64,000 nt of DNA from an uncultured Nitrososphaerales archaeon (GTDB taxonomy: Archaea; Thermoproteota; Nitrososphaeria; Nitrososphaerales; Nitrososphaeraceae), in NCBI GenBank assembly GCA_963695855.1, contig CAVOHZ010000003.1, forward strand, positions 64,001 through 128,000, given 5' to 3'. Of the stretch, positions 42,626 to 51,873 are shown piece after piece; positions within the stretch are counted from its first letter, which is position 1, and each line of letters opens with the position of its first letter. The notes below the pieces were generated by a model that saw only the letters and a list, made by a program, of their open reading frames with translations, was not told the DNA's origin and made no database searches. A program made the translations under genes and the position numbers.

Positions 42626-43147
42626 ATGTATATTAGACTTAGCAGATATAAGATGCAACGAGATAAATCAGATAAAAAAGATTTACCAAAAGAAGGAAAC
42701 GCAGCTACTAATTTCAGATTTGAGGATAAAAACGGAGTAAAAATGGCACTTTCTGATCTTCAGGGTAAGCGAGTCGTTGTCTATTTTTATCCACGTGATT
42801 TTACTCCAGGTTGCACTATTGAAGCAGACGAATTTGCGCAGGATTATGAAAAATATAATGAAAAAAATATAGAAATAATTGGAATTAGTCCGGACGATGA
42901 AGGATCTCATAAGAAATTTAGAGAGAAAATGAATATTGGGTTTTTTTTAGCATCTGACATTCGTAATGAAATATCAAATTCCTATGGAGTTTACGTACAA
43001 AAAAAATTTATGGGAAAAGAGTATATGGGTATAAGTAGGACCACATTCATAATAGATGAAAAAGGAATTATAAGAAAAATTTTTCGAAAAGTAAAACCGA
43101 AAGGACATAGTCTTGAAGTTATGAAATATTTTTCACACAATAAATAA
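42626..43147 (+). CDS. bcp: peroxiredoxin (BCP/PrxQ)
   Basis: YFYP.D.TPGCT.EA, GISPD, R.TF.ID..G. Confidence 0.93.
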   Translation: MYIRLSRYKMQRDKSDKKDLPKEGNAATNFRFEDKNGVKMALSDLQGKRVVVYFYPRDFTPGCTIEADEFAQDYEKYNEKNIEIIGISPDDEGSHKKFREKMNIGFFLASDIRNEISNSYGVYVQKKFMGKEYMGISRTTFIIDEKGIIRKIFRKVKPKGHSLEVMKYFSHNK

Positions 43148-43201
43148 TTTATAAGAATGTTTAAGAAATACTTCCCTTCAAAAATCTAATATCAGATAAT
43201 T

Positions 43202-43744
43202 TCATAGATAAAGATCCTTCAATGCATCGTCAATTCTTTCAAGGTCCAACCCAAAGAATATGAAAAAAGACGTAGCTTTATCCAATGCGCTCTGATGGTT
43301 TTCGAGACCGTTATTTGAGCGATATGAAACTATGGTAGTGGAAACTATCTCCAATAGAGATCCCGAGATTTTATTCCATTGCCCAATTCCACTTTTATCT
43401 AAGCACCAGATTAGTCTAGATAACTTTGAAAATGCTCCTAATATTAAAATTCTGAGTTTTTGTAGAATGGTTTTTAACGGATTGTTATCAGCGAGGTTGG
43501 GTATCGTTTTACAAATCAAATCTTGATAATAATCCAAGTTCTTGATAATACTTATGGATTCACCAATAGAAGGGATTGTTCTCCTTAACGAAACAGTATG
43601 AAATTCAATTGCATCAAAAATATTTGCATACTTGCCAATCAGAAAAAAATCAGAGGCTATTCCGTCTTTAATAATTAATTTGCAACATTTTTTTATATCA
43701 TATTTATATAAACAATTATCTAGTATTAACGATGTTAGATCCAT
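43202..43744 (-). CDS. hypothetical protein
   Basis: 180-aa ORF co-oriented with its neighbour, short spacer. Confidence 0.6.
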   Translation of the reverse strand: MDLTSLILDNCLYKYDIKKCCKLIIKDGIASDFFLIGKYANIFDAIEFHTVSLRRTIPSIGESISIIKNLDYYQDLICKTIPNLADNNPLKTILQKLRILILGAFSKLSRLIWCLDKSGIGQWNKISGSLLEIVSTTIVSYRSNNGLENHQSALDKATSFFIFFGLDLERIDDALKDLYL

Positions 43745-43755
43745 TCTAAAGTTAC

Positions 43756-44193
43756 TTATTTTGCTTGCCTTTTAGAATAAGTTTCTATTAGCTGTCTTAC
43801 GTGTTTTAATATCTGTATATGATGTTCCTCATCGACAACAACACTCTTGATAAGTTCCTTTATTTCTTGATCTTCAGCTAGATCGACGCATTCTGACAAT
43901 ATGTTTCTGGATTGAAGTTCTTCTTCTATTGACTCATCAATGCCATCTTTAGTCAAATGCATACTTCCAGAAGCGCCTTCTATTTTTGACATCGCCTGGG
44001 TAATATATTGAATATGTTTAATCCCATCATTTAATAACGTATTGAAGTAATTTCTAATAAGGTTGTTCTCGATATCCTTGAGAATTGAACTGTAGTGCAT
44101 GATTTCATGTTTTTCTGCTTCATGTTGTTTTTTTAGTAATTCGTACAGTCTCTGTTTCTTTTCAAAATCTACACGATGCGTCAACATTCTCAT
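43756..44193 (-). CDS. ferritin-like/rubrerythrin-family protein
   Basis: E......Y, D..KH, E, DEEHH four-helix pattern. Confidence 0.8.
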   Translation of the reverse strand: MRMLTHRVDFEKKQRLYELLKKQHEAEKHEIMHYSSILKDIENNLIRNYFNTLLNDGIKHIQYITQAMSKIEGASGSMHLTKDGIDESIEEELQSRNILSECVDLAEDQEIKELIKSVVVDEEHHIQILKHVRQLIETYSKRQAK

Positions 44194-44282
44194 TATCCAG
44201 CTCGCTAATAAAAAAGTGACGTTTTTTATTTTCTAGTTAAATTCTTGAAAACATTATAATTACATATCGAATATTTAATTCT

Positions 44283-44411
44283 GTGTCAGGAGAAAATATT
44301 ATTTGTCAATGTACATGTCATATCAAATACGGCGATAAATCATTCTGCAGGAAATGTTTAGAAAAACATAAGGCCTCTCCATATTATAACATAATGAAAA
44401 AATTCGATTAG
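44283..44411 (+). CDS. putative 42-aa zinc-binding microprotein
   Basis: GTG start; VSGENIICQCTCHIKYGDKSFCRKCLEKHKASPYYNIMKKFD. Confidence 0.5.
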   Translation: MSGENIICQCTCHIKYGDKSFCRKCLEKHKASPYYNIMKKFD

Positions 44412-44426
44412 GATATTTTTAGTTGA

Positions 44427-44511
44427 TGCGGGAGATGGGATTTGAACCCACGAACCCCTGAGGGATAAGAGCCTCAGTCTTACGCCTTTGACCAGGCTGG
44501 GCGACCCCCGC
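44427..44511 (-). tRNA. tRNA-Leu(GAG)
   Basis: TAAGA-CTGAGGC-TCTTA anticodon arm; long variable arm; GGTTCAAATCC. Confidence 0.95.
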
Positions 44512-44611
44512 ACATTGACAAGACGTGAAATCATCTAATTTGAGTATTGTCATTAATTAAAGCCATATCTGAAAATAATAGTTTTTATATAATTTCGTTT
44601 TTCAATAAATT

Positions 44612-44845
44612 GTGTTAATTCCAGTCAGATGTTTTACTTGTGGAAATTTGGTTGCCGATAAATATTCTGAATATAAGGAACGAGTCAAAGCTGGAGAAGA
44701 GGACTCCAAGATCTTGGATTCATTGGGTATCAACAGATATTGTTGTCGAAGGATGCTTATTTCTAGCGTAGAAACAATTTACCAAGTTATTCCATACTAT
44801 GAGGTTCTAAGAAGAAGATTGACAGAAATGCAGTCAGATGGCTAA
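44612..44845 (+). CDS. rpoN: RNA polymerase subunit N (Rpo10)
   Basis: PVRCFTCG...RYCCRRM. Confidence 0.97.
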   Translation: MLIPVRCFTCGNLVADKYSEYKERVKAGEEDSKILDSLGINRYCCRRMLISSVETIYQVIPYYEVLRRRLTEMQSDG

Positions 44846-44860
44846 ATTTGATGATACAAT

Positions 44861-46108
44861 ATGCCAAATATTACGGGCATCAAAGGAAGAATTGTTTTTA
44901 ATAGTAGAGGAAGTAAAAGCATCGAAGTCGATGTTGTTTCAAATGACAGATTCATAGGAAGGGCGTGTGCGCCGTCAGGTGCTAGTGTTGGAAAATTTGA
45001 AGCAATAAGTTTCAAGGAGAACAGTCCAGAAAAATCATTGGAAGAATTAAGGAATAATTTGCCTAAGTTTATAGGAATTGAATCTCAAGATCCAAAATCA
45101 ATTTATGATGTTTTAAAAACTATAGATGGTTCTGAAAATTATAATAAAATAGGTGGTTCTATTGCTTACGCTCTAAGCGTTGCCTCCTTGGAATCAGCTT
45201 CCAAAGCTCTAGAAATTCCTTTATTTAGATTAATCAAAGATTCTGGGGATTATAAATTTCCTTTTCCACTAGGCAATATTATTGGTGGTGGCTCGCATGC
45301 TGGACCTGGAACCCCTGATATTCAAGAGTATTTAGTTTGTCCTATAGGAGCGAAATCAATAATGGAGGCACTTGAAATGAACTTCAAGGTTCATCACGAG
45401 ACAAGAAAAATTTTGGAAACCAAGGATTGGAAATTCACATATGGAAGGGGAGATGAAGGTGCGTGGGCTCCGAATATTAATAACGATGAAGCGATAGAAA
45501 TTTTAGAAAGAGCTATTGAAAATTGTGGATATAGAATAAGAAAAGAAGTGGCATTAGGTTTAGATTTCGCGAGCTCGTCTTTATGGAATGAAAAAAATAA
45601 AGTTTATGAATATACAAGACAAGGTTTGACGAGATCTAAACAGGATCAAATTGATTTCGTAAATAGTCTAATTAGTAATTATCAGCTCATATATGCGGAA
45701 GATCCGGTGAATGAAGAAGATTTTGACGGCATGTCAACAATTTCACGAAACAATCCCAAATGCTTGGTTACTGGAGACGACATGTTGGTAACGAACAAAG
45801 ATAGAGTAAAGGAATTAGTTAATTTCGGATCATGTACTGGCGCTATATTAAAAATAAACCAAGCCGGAAGTGTATATGACGCCTTAGAATTTGCTAAAGA
45901 ATGTCACCGTAATACCATCAAAATAATTACATCCCACCGCTCTGGTGAATCGGTTGACTCTCATATCGCAGATGTGGCGATAGCAACTAGTTCTAAAATG
46001 TTGAAGACAGGTGTACTTGGAGGAGAGAGGATATCCAAATTAAATCAATTAATTAGATTAAACGAGTATGGTTTAATAAAAGGTATGGCTGATGTTTTCA
46101 CATCCTAA
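44861..46108 (+). CDS. eno: enolase
   Basis: SRG, PSGAS.G..EA, GDEG, ED.., GDD, LKINQ.G, SHRSGE. Confidence 0.95.
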   Translation: MPNITGIKGRIVFNSRGSKSIEVDVVSNDRFIGRACAPSGASVGKFEAISFKENSPEKSLEELRNNLPKFIGIESQDPKSIYDVLKTIDGSENYNKIGGSIAYALSVASLESASKALEIPLFRLIKDSGDYKFPFPLGNIIGGGSHAGPGTPDIQEYLVCPIGAKSIMEALEMNFKVHHETRKILETKDWKFTYGRGDEGAWAPNINNDEAIEILERAIENCGYRIRKEVALGLDFASSSLWNEKNKVYEYTRQGLTRSKQDQIDFVNSLISNYQLIYAEDPVNEEDFDGMSTISRNNPKCLVTGDDMLVTNKDRVKELVNFGSCTGAILKINQAGSVYDALEFAKECHRNTIKIITSHRSGESVDSHIADVAIATSSKMLKTGVLGGERISKLNQLIRLNEYGLIKGMADVFTS

Positions 46109-46109
46109 A

Positions 46110-47120
46110 ATGAATGATAATACAGATATTGCGAATAATGAAAGAGAACCAATTAACTGCTTAAATATAGAAATGAACAATAATTTAGATCCTAATTCCG
46201 AAAATAAATTTGAAAAAAAGGAAAATTTTGTTGATACAGGTTCTGTAGAGGATACAGGTTCTGTAGAGGATACAGGTTCTGTAGAGGATACAGGTTCTGT
46301 AGAGGATACAGGTTCTGTAGAGGATACAGGTTCTGTAGAGGATACAGGTTCTGTAGAGGATACAGGTTCTGTAGAGGATACAGGTTCTGTAGAGGATACA
46401 GGTTCTGTAGAGGATACAGGTTCTGTAGAGGATACAGGTTCTGTAGAGGATACAGGTTCTGTAGAGGATACAGGTTCTGTAGAGGATACAGGTTCTGTAG
46501 AGGATACATATCCAGAAACAGAAAACTTAGAAAAGATGATTTTGTCAACCGGAATAAGAGTAGGTACTCCAGTAAAAACTAAATCCATGTCACCCTATAT
46601 CATTAGATCTAATCCTGAAGGTCTTTACATTTTGGATATAAGTAAAACACTACAACGAATAGATATCGCGGCTAAATTCATAGGCAGAACTGCTATATCC
46701 AAGGTAGCCGTAACTTCAGCTAGAGAATATGGGAAGAAACCAGTTGAAAAATTCTGTGAAGCAACGGGTGCTATTCCTATCCTAGGACGTTTTATGCCTG
46801 GAACATTTACAAATCCATCATTACCAAAATATCTTGAACCAGAAATTGTGATTGTGACGGATCCACAGGCTGATCATCAAGCTGTTATAGAATCTACTAG
46901 GGCAGGTGTTCCAGTAATTGCTGTTTCAAATAGCGATAATGTTATTTCGAACATAGATCTAGTTATTCCTGCAAACAATAGAGGTAGGAAGGCGTTAGCG
47001 ACTGTTTATTGGTTACTTGCTAGAGAGGTAATGAAGAAACAAGGAAAGATCAAATCAGATAAAGAAATGAAAGTAAGTATAGATGATTTCGAAACCAAAT
47101 TAGTAGAAGAAATGGTTTGA
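46110..47120 (+). CDS. rps2: 30S ribosomal protein S2 with an acidic N-terminal repeat extension
   Basis: GRF.PGTFTNP, DP..D.QA..E, DLVIP.NN.GRKAL. Confidence 0.95.
   Translation: MNDNTDIANNEREPINCLNIEMNNNLDPNSENKFEKKENFVDTGSVEDTGSVEDTGSVEDTGSVEDTGSVEDTGSVEDTGSVEDTGSVEDTGSVEDTGSVEDTGSVEDTGSVEDTGSVEDTGSVEDTGSVEDTYPETENLEKMILSTGIRVGTPVKTKSMSPYIIRSNPEGLYILDISKTLQRIDIAAKFIGRTAISKVAVTSAREYGKKPVEKFCEATGAIPILGRFMPGTFTNPSLPKYLEPEIVIVTDPQADHQAVIESTRAGVPVIAVSNSDNVISNIDLVIPANNRGRKALATVYWLLAREVMKKQGKIKSDKEMKVSIDDFETKLVEEMV
46233..46508 (+). repeat. perfect tandem repeat GATACAGGTTCTGTAGAG x15 (+6 bp), encoding (DTGSVE)15
   Basis: Counted directly: 270/18 = 15 units. Confidence 0.97.
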
Positions 47121-47965
47121 GAGATCTAATCAGGTCTCCCAATTTTGCAGGAATATTCTATCCTTCTAAAAAAGATGAGCTCTTAGATCTACTTAACAAA
47201 TGTTTTTACAAGAGCTATTTTGGTCCGAAAGAGAAATCTAACAAGTTATTCAAACAAAAGATTTATGGATTTGTGGTACCTCATGCAGCATATGAATTCT
47301 CTGGATCTATTGCTGCTCAAGCATACTATGAAATTTTAGACCTAAATACAGACACATTCATAATAATTGCTCCTGACCATAATGGAATAGGAAGTAAAAT
47401 ATCTATCCTAACTCAGGGATCATGGCAAACACCTCTTGGATTTATAAAAATAAATACTGATATCGCATCCAAAATAATGAAAAATTCAACAAAAATTGAG
47501 GTGAATGTAAGTGCTCATAAAATAGAACATTCGATTGAAATACAAATACCCTTTATCCAGTTTTGTAGAAAAAATCAATTCAGAATAGTTCCAATTCTAG
47601 TAAGGGACCAAGATGTAGAAACTGCTATTGAACTAGGAAGATCGATCGCTGAATCAATATACGATGAAAATGTTATCATTATCGCTACCTCTGATTTTAC
47701 TCATTATGAATCTCATGAACAGGCACATAATAAGGATCTGGAATTAATTAAAACAATAGAAAATTTAGAAATAAATTCATTTTATAGTACAATCAAAGAT
47801 ATGAACATTTCCTTGTGTGGACATGGGGCCATTGCTTCAGTTGTAAAAGCTGTGCAAATACAAGGAGCAAAAAAAGGGACCCTATTAAAATATGCCACTA
47901 GTGGTGAAATTCAATCAGATTATAGGAATACTGTAGTTGGATATTGTGCAATAGCATTCACATGA
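47117..47965 (+). CDS. MEMO1 / AmmeMemoRadiSam protein B
   Basis: R.P..AG.FYP, PHA.Y..SG, EHSIE.Q.PF, SDFTHY, CG.G, VGY. Confidence 0.93.
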   Translation: MRDLIRSPNFAGIFYPSKKDELLDLLNKCFYKSYFGPKEKSNKLFKQKIYGFVVPHAAYEFSGSIAAQAYYEILDLNTDTFIIIAPDHNGIGSKISILTQGSWQTPLGFIKINTDIASKIMKNSTKIEVNVSAHKIEHSIEIQIPFIQFCRKNQFRIVPILVRDQDVETAIELGRSIAESIYDENVIIIATSDFTHYESHEQAHNKDLELIKTIENLEINSFYSTIKDMNISLCGHGAIASVVKAVQIQGAKKGTLLKYATSGEIQSDYRNTVVGYCAIAFT

Positions 47966-48957
47966 AACATAGCCACAAAAATAACACTTCAGCATCAGCA
48001 CCAGGAAAAATAATTCTGTTTGGAGAGCATTTTGTTGTTTATGAGAAGCCAGCGATTCTTGCATCACTCAATAGAAGAATCTATGTCGAGGTAATTAGAA
48101 AACATTATGGAATAAATAACGAGATAGTAATTAACAACGAATTATTTGGAAATAAATCTTATCCTATTTCTATTATTGGTAATTTGAAAGAACAAAAAAT
48201 AATGAGCGATGAATATTATCCGATTCTATTCATAACAAAAAAAATTTTTAATGAAAATAAATATAAAGAAGGTTTAAAATTCACTTTCAAATCTGATATT
48301 CCTTATGGTATGGGCTTGGGTTCCTCTGCTGCTTCAGCAGTTGCTACAGTTGCAGCATTATCAAAGATATTTAATAAGAAAGTCGACGATAAAAAAATAT
48401 TAAAATTAGCAATAGAAGCTGAAAAATTAGTACACAAGAATTCGTCAGGAGCAGACTGTATAATTTCTGCTCACGGTGGTCTAATATTCTTTCAGAAGCA
48501 TACTAGATTCAAAAAGGTATACCCGAAGAAAGAACTATCATTTATTCTAATAAATACTGGGATCAGACATTCTACTGGACAGCTTGTAAATATTGTAAAA
48601 AAATATCAACAACAAAATTCAAGAGAGTTTGTTAATTTGTGCAAAACATCAGAAGAAATTACAAAAAGGGCAGCAAGAGCAATAGAAGAAGGTGATAACA
48701 TTATGGTAGGTGAACTAATGACTGAAAATCAAATAATATTAGACAAAATCGGTGTATCTAATAAAATAATCGATAGAATCATTAATTTATGTTCAGGATA
48801 TGGTGCTCTTGGATCCAAGATAACGGGTGCTGGCGGGGGAGGATGTATTTTGGCATTAACAGAACAAGAGAATAGAGAAAATTTTATATCAAAAATAAGA
48901 AAAGAAGGACTTAAGTGTATATCCGTAACTTTAGAAAGTAAAGGATTGTTATATTAA
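47962..48957 (+). CDS. mvk: mevalonate kinase
   Basis: APGKIILFGEH, GLGSSA, SGAD, GAGGGG. Confidence 0.95.
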   Translation: MKHSHKNNTSASAPGKIILFGEHFVVYEKPAILASLNRRIYVEVIRKHYGINNEIVINNELFGNKSYPISIIGNLKEQKIMSDEYYPILFITKKIFNENKYKEGLKFTFKSDIPYGMGLGSSAASAVATVAALSKIFNKKVDDKKILKLAIEAEKLVHKNSSGADCIISAHGGLIFFQKHTRFKKVYPKKELSFILINTGIRHSTGQLVNIVKKYQQQNSREFVNLCKTSEEITKRAARAIEEGDNIMVGELMTENQIILDKIGVSNKIIDRIINLCSGYGALGSKITGAGGGGCILALTEQENRENFISKIRKEGLKCISVTLESKGLLY

Positions 48958-48991
48958 AATTTAAATCAAGTGTTTTTTTTCTATCTCTTAA

Positions 48992-49780
48992 TTGAGTAGC
49001 CAAGTTGTTTTAATAAAATTAGGTGGGTCAATTATAACTAATAAAGATAAACCTCTGAGTGCAAATCATCATGCAATTACAGATCTTGCAAAATCCATAT
49101 CAAAAATCAAACGTCCGTTAATATTAGTACATGGAGGAGGTTCATTCGGTCATTACTGGTCAGTTAAATTTGACATGCATACTAAACCAGAAAAATATAG
49201 TTCAAAAGGCATATCAATAGTTCATTCCTCGATGTTAGATCTTAATAAGATAATTAATGAAATTTTTGAAGAAGAAGGGCTTTATCCTTATAGCGTACCA
49301 CCATTTTCGTTCCTAAACAACGGAAAGCCATCAAGACTTAAAATAAAAGAATTAGAAAAAATGACTGAACATAATATTATTCCTATAACATACGGAGACG
49401 TCGTCCATATGCATGAAAATAAATATTCTATACTTTCAGGTGACGTAATTATGAGGTTATTAAGTAATATTCTAAACCCGTACAAAGCTATCTTTACAAT
49501 CAATGTAGATGGTTTGTACAATAATTTAATAGAAAAAAAAATAATAGAAGAAATAAAACCATCGAACTTCAATATAAAGAATAAAAAGATAATAATGAAA
49601 CAAATTGGTGAAATCAATGATGTGACAGGAGGTATGAAAAGAAAAGTTGAAGAAGCTATAAAGATTGCTAAACATGGAAATGATGTTATTTTTCTCAATG
49701 GATTGCATCCATATAACCTTGAAAAAGTATTCAAAGGAAAAAAAATCAAAGGTACAATTTTTAAAGCCAATAACAAGTAG
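48992..49780 (+). CDS. isopentenyl phosphate kinase
   Basis: KLGGS.IT.K, HGGGSFGH, SGD, DVTGGM. Confidence 0.92.
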   Translation: MSSQVVLIKLGGSIITNKDKPLSANHHAITDLAKSISKIKRPLILVHGGGSFGHYWSVKFDMHTKPEKYSSKGISIVHSSMLDLNKIINEIFEEEGLYPYSVPPFSFLNNGKPSRLKIKELEKMTEHNIIPITYGDVVHMHENKYSILSGDVIMRLLSNILNPYKAIFTINVDGLYNNLIEKKIIEEIKPSNFNIKNKKIIMKQIGEINDVTGGMKRKVEEAIKIAKHGNDVIFLNGLHPYNLEKVFKGKKIKGTIFKANNK

Positions 49781-50878
49781 TTGAGAGATATGTCTGATCG
49801 TAAGGAAGAAGAGATTAAAATCATTATGCAACGAAAGAAGGACGGAATAGATATTCCTCTTTCTAATAATGTTCAATCTAGGTTTTCTTCTACCTATTTA
49901 GAATATGTAAAACTAATTCACAACGCATTACCTGAGATTAATTATCAAGATATAGATCTTTCCACCAGTTTCCTAAATCACAAATTTGCATCTCCTATAA
50001 TAATAGATTCAATGACAGGGGGGACACAAGAAGCTTCAAAAATTAATTTGCGCTTAGGAAGGATAGCAGAAAAATACCAACTGGGCATGGGACTCGGAAG
50101 TCAGAGGGCAGGATTAAAAAGTGAGTCCCTGGCGGAAACATATTCTATTGCAAGAAAAAATGCACCATCGGCATTCTTGATAGCAAATATTGGAGGAGCT
50201 CAGCTTGCTGAAGGACTAGATATTAATATGATCGAAAAAATCATTTCAATGATAGAAGCGAATGCTTTAGTTATTCATCTTAACCCGCTACAAGAACTAA
50301 TTCAACCAGAAGGGGAACCTCGTTATAAAGGTGTAGTTGATAAAATATCCTATCTTAAAGAAAAAATAGATGTACCTATTATAGTAAAAGAAGTTGGATC
50401 AGGAATTTCGAAAGAGGTAGCGGTCAAGTTAGAAAACATTGGAGTAAATTGCATCAATATTTCCGGTTCAGGAGGAACGAGTTGGGCAGGAATAGAAGGG
50501 ATTCGGGCAGGACGAGCAAAAAATACAATAAAAGAACATCTTGGAGAATTGTTTTGGGATTGGGGCATTCCTACTGCTCTTAGCCTCATAGAAGTAAAAA
50601 AATCGGTACACATTCCATTGATTGCATCAGGGGGAATTAGAAATGGTTTGGAGATCGCGAAATGTTTAGTGTTAGGAGCAAAAATGTGCGCACTAGCCTA
50701 TCCCTTTCTCTATGCAGCTTCCCAATCAGAAGAGACTCTTGTTGAATTTACAGAATTGATCATTGCTGAACTTAGGAGTGTAATGTTTCTTACAGGCTCG
50801 TCAAATATTTCTCAATTACCAACATTAAGATATATATTAACAGGAGAATTAGCAGATAGGGTTACCAAAAATGAATAA
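49781..50878 (+). CDS. fni: type 2 isopentenyl-diphosphate delta-isomerase
   Basis: MTGG, GSQR, HLN.LQE..QPEG, KEVG.G, GGTSW. Confidence 0.95.
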   Translation: MRDMSDRKEEEIKIIMQRKKDGIDIPLSNNVQSRFSSTYLEYVKLIHNALPEINYQDIDLSTSFLNHKFASPIIIDSMTGGTQEASKINLRLGRIAEKYQLGMGLGSQRAGLKSESLAETYSIARKNAPSAFLIANIGGAQLAEGLDINMIEKIISMIEANALVIHLNPLQELIQPEGEPRYKGVVDKISYLKEKIDVPIIVKEVGSGISKEVAVKLENIGVNCINISGSGGTSWAGIEGIRAGRAKNTIKEHLGELFWDWGIPTALSLIEVKKSVHIPLIASGGIRNGLEIAKCLVLGAKMCALAYPFLYAASQSEETLVEFTELIIAELRSVMFLTGSSNISQLPTLRYILTGELADRVTKNE

Positions 50879-51872
50879 CGATATTAAAAATGATATAGAA
50901 TCTCACATTAACACTGTTAACAATTATCTTGTTTCTTTACTGAGAGGTAACCCTCAAGAACTCTACCAGGCATCATCACATTACATCATAAGTGGAGGAA
51001 AACGCCTGAGACCTATAATGACAATAAAATCATGCGAAATGTTTGGAGGGTCAGAACAGGATGCGTTGCCAGCTGCATCAGCAGTAGAATTTATTCATAA
51101 TTTTTCCTTAGTGCATGATGACATAATGGATAATGATGATTTTAGACACGGCATACCAACCGTACATAAACATTTTGGTATCCCTTTAGCCATATTATCA
51201 GGAGATATTCTATTTTCAAAAGCATTTCAGATACTGTCATGTAATAGTAACAATTCGATAAAGGATAGTTCTTTGTTGAATATGGTTCAAAGACTTGCGA
51301 CAGCGTGTATAGATATATGTGAAGGACAGTCGCTAGATATGCAGTTATCTAGATTAAAATCATTCCCTACAGAAGCAGAGTATATAGAAATGATCTCTAA
51401 AAAAACTGCAGCGCTTTTTGAGGTCTCTTGTTCTCTTGGAGCTCTCTCTTCTAAAGACGCAACAGAAGAAGATGTGAATAATTTAGCATCATTTGGAAGA
51501 AATTCAGGAATCGCCTTCCAATTGATAGACGATTTAATTGGAATTAAAGGTGATTCAAGGGAAACCGGTAAATCAGTTGGCAATGATGTTAGAGAAGGTA
51601 AAAAAACCTTTCCTATTCTTTTATCAATTAAAAATGCTGACTCATACCAGAAACAAAAAATTTTAAATGTTTTTGGAAATAAAGACTCTAACAGTAATGA
51701 GATGGAGGAAGTCGTAAAAGTAATATCTTCTCTTCATATAGAACAAATTGTTAGAGATACAGCTATGAATTACATAAAAAAAGCAATGGATTCAATAACT
51801 AGCTATGAACAATCAAATTCCAAAAAAATACTGCAAGAAATCTCTTTTTTTATCATGAATAGGAGTAAGTAA
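50871..51872 (+). CDS. geranylgeranyl diphosphate synthase
   Basis: GGKRLRP, HDDIMD.D..R, FQ..DD, EGKKT. Confidence 0.93.
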   Translation: MNNDIKNDIESHINTVNNYLVSLLRGNPQELYQASSHYIISGGKRLRPIMTIKSCEMFGGSEQDALPAASAVEFIHNFSLVHDDIMDNDDFRHGIPTVHKHFGIPLAILSGDILFSKAFQILSCNSNNSIKDSSLLNMVQRLATACIDICEGQSLDMQLSRLKSFPTEAEYIEMISKKTAALFEVSCSLGALSSKDATEEDVNNLASFGRNSGIAFQLIDDLIGIKGDSRETGKSVGNDVREGKKTFPILLSIKNADSYQKQKILNVFGNKDSNSNEMEEVVKVISSLHIEQIVRDTAMNYIKKAMDSITSYEQSNSKKILQEISFFIMNRSK

Positions 51873-51873
51873 A

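Noticed and set aside
46073-46588. Minus-strand ORFs (STEPVS)n and (YPLQNL)n; possible CRISPR array
   Set aside because: Shadow frames of the rps2 tandem repeat; there are no spacers, so it is not CRISPR.
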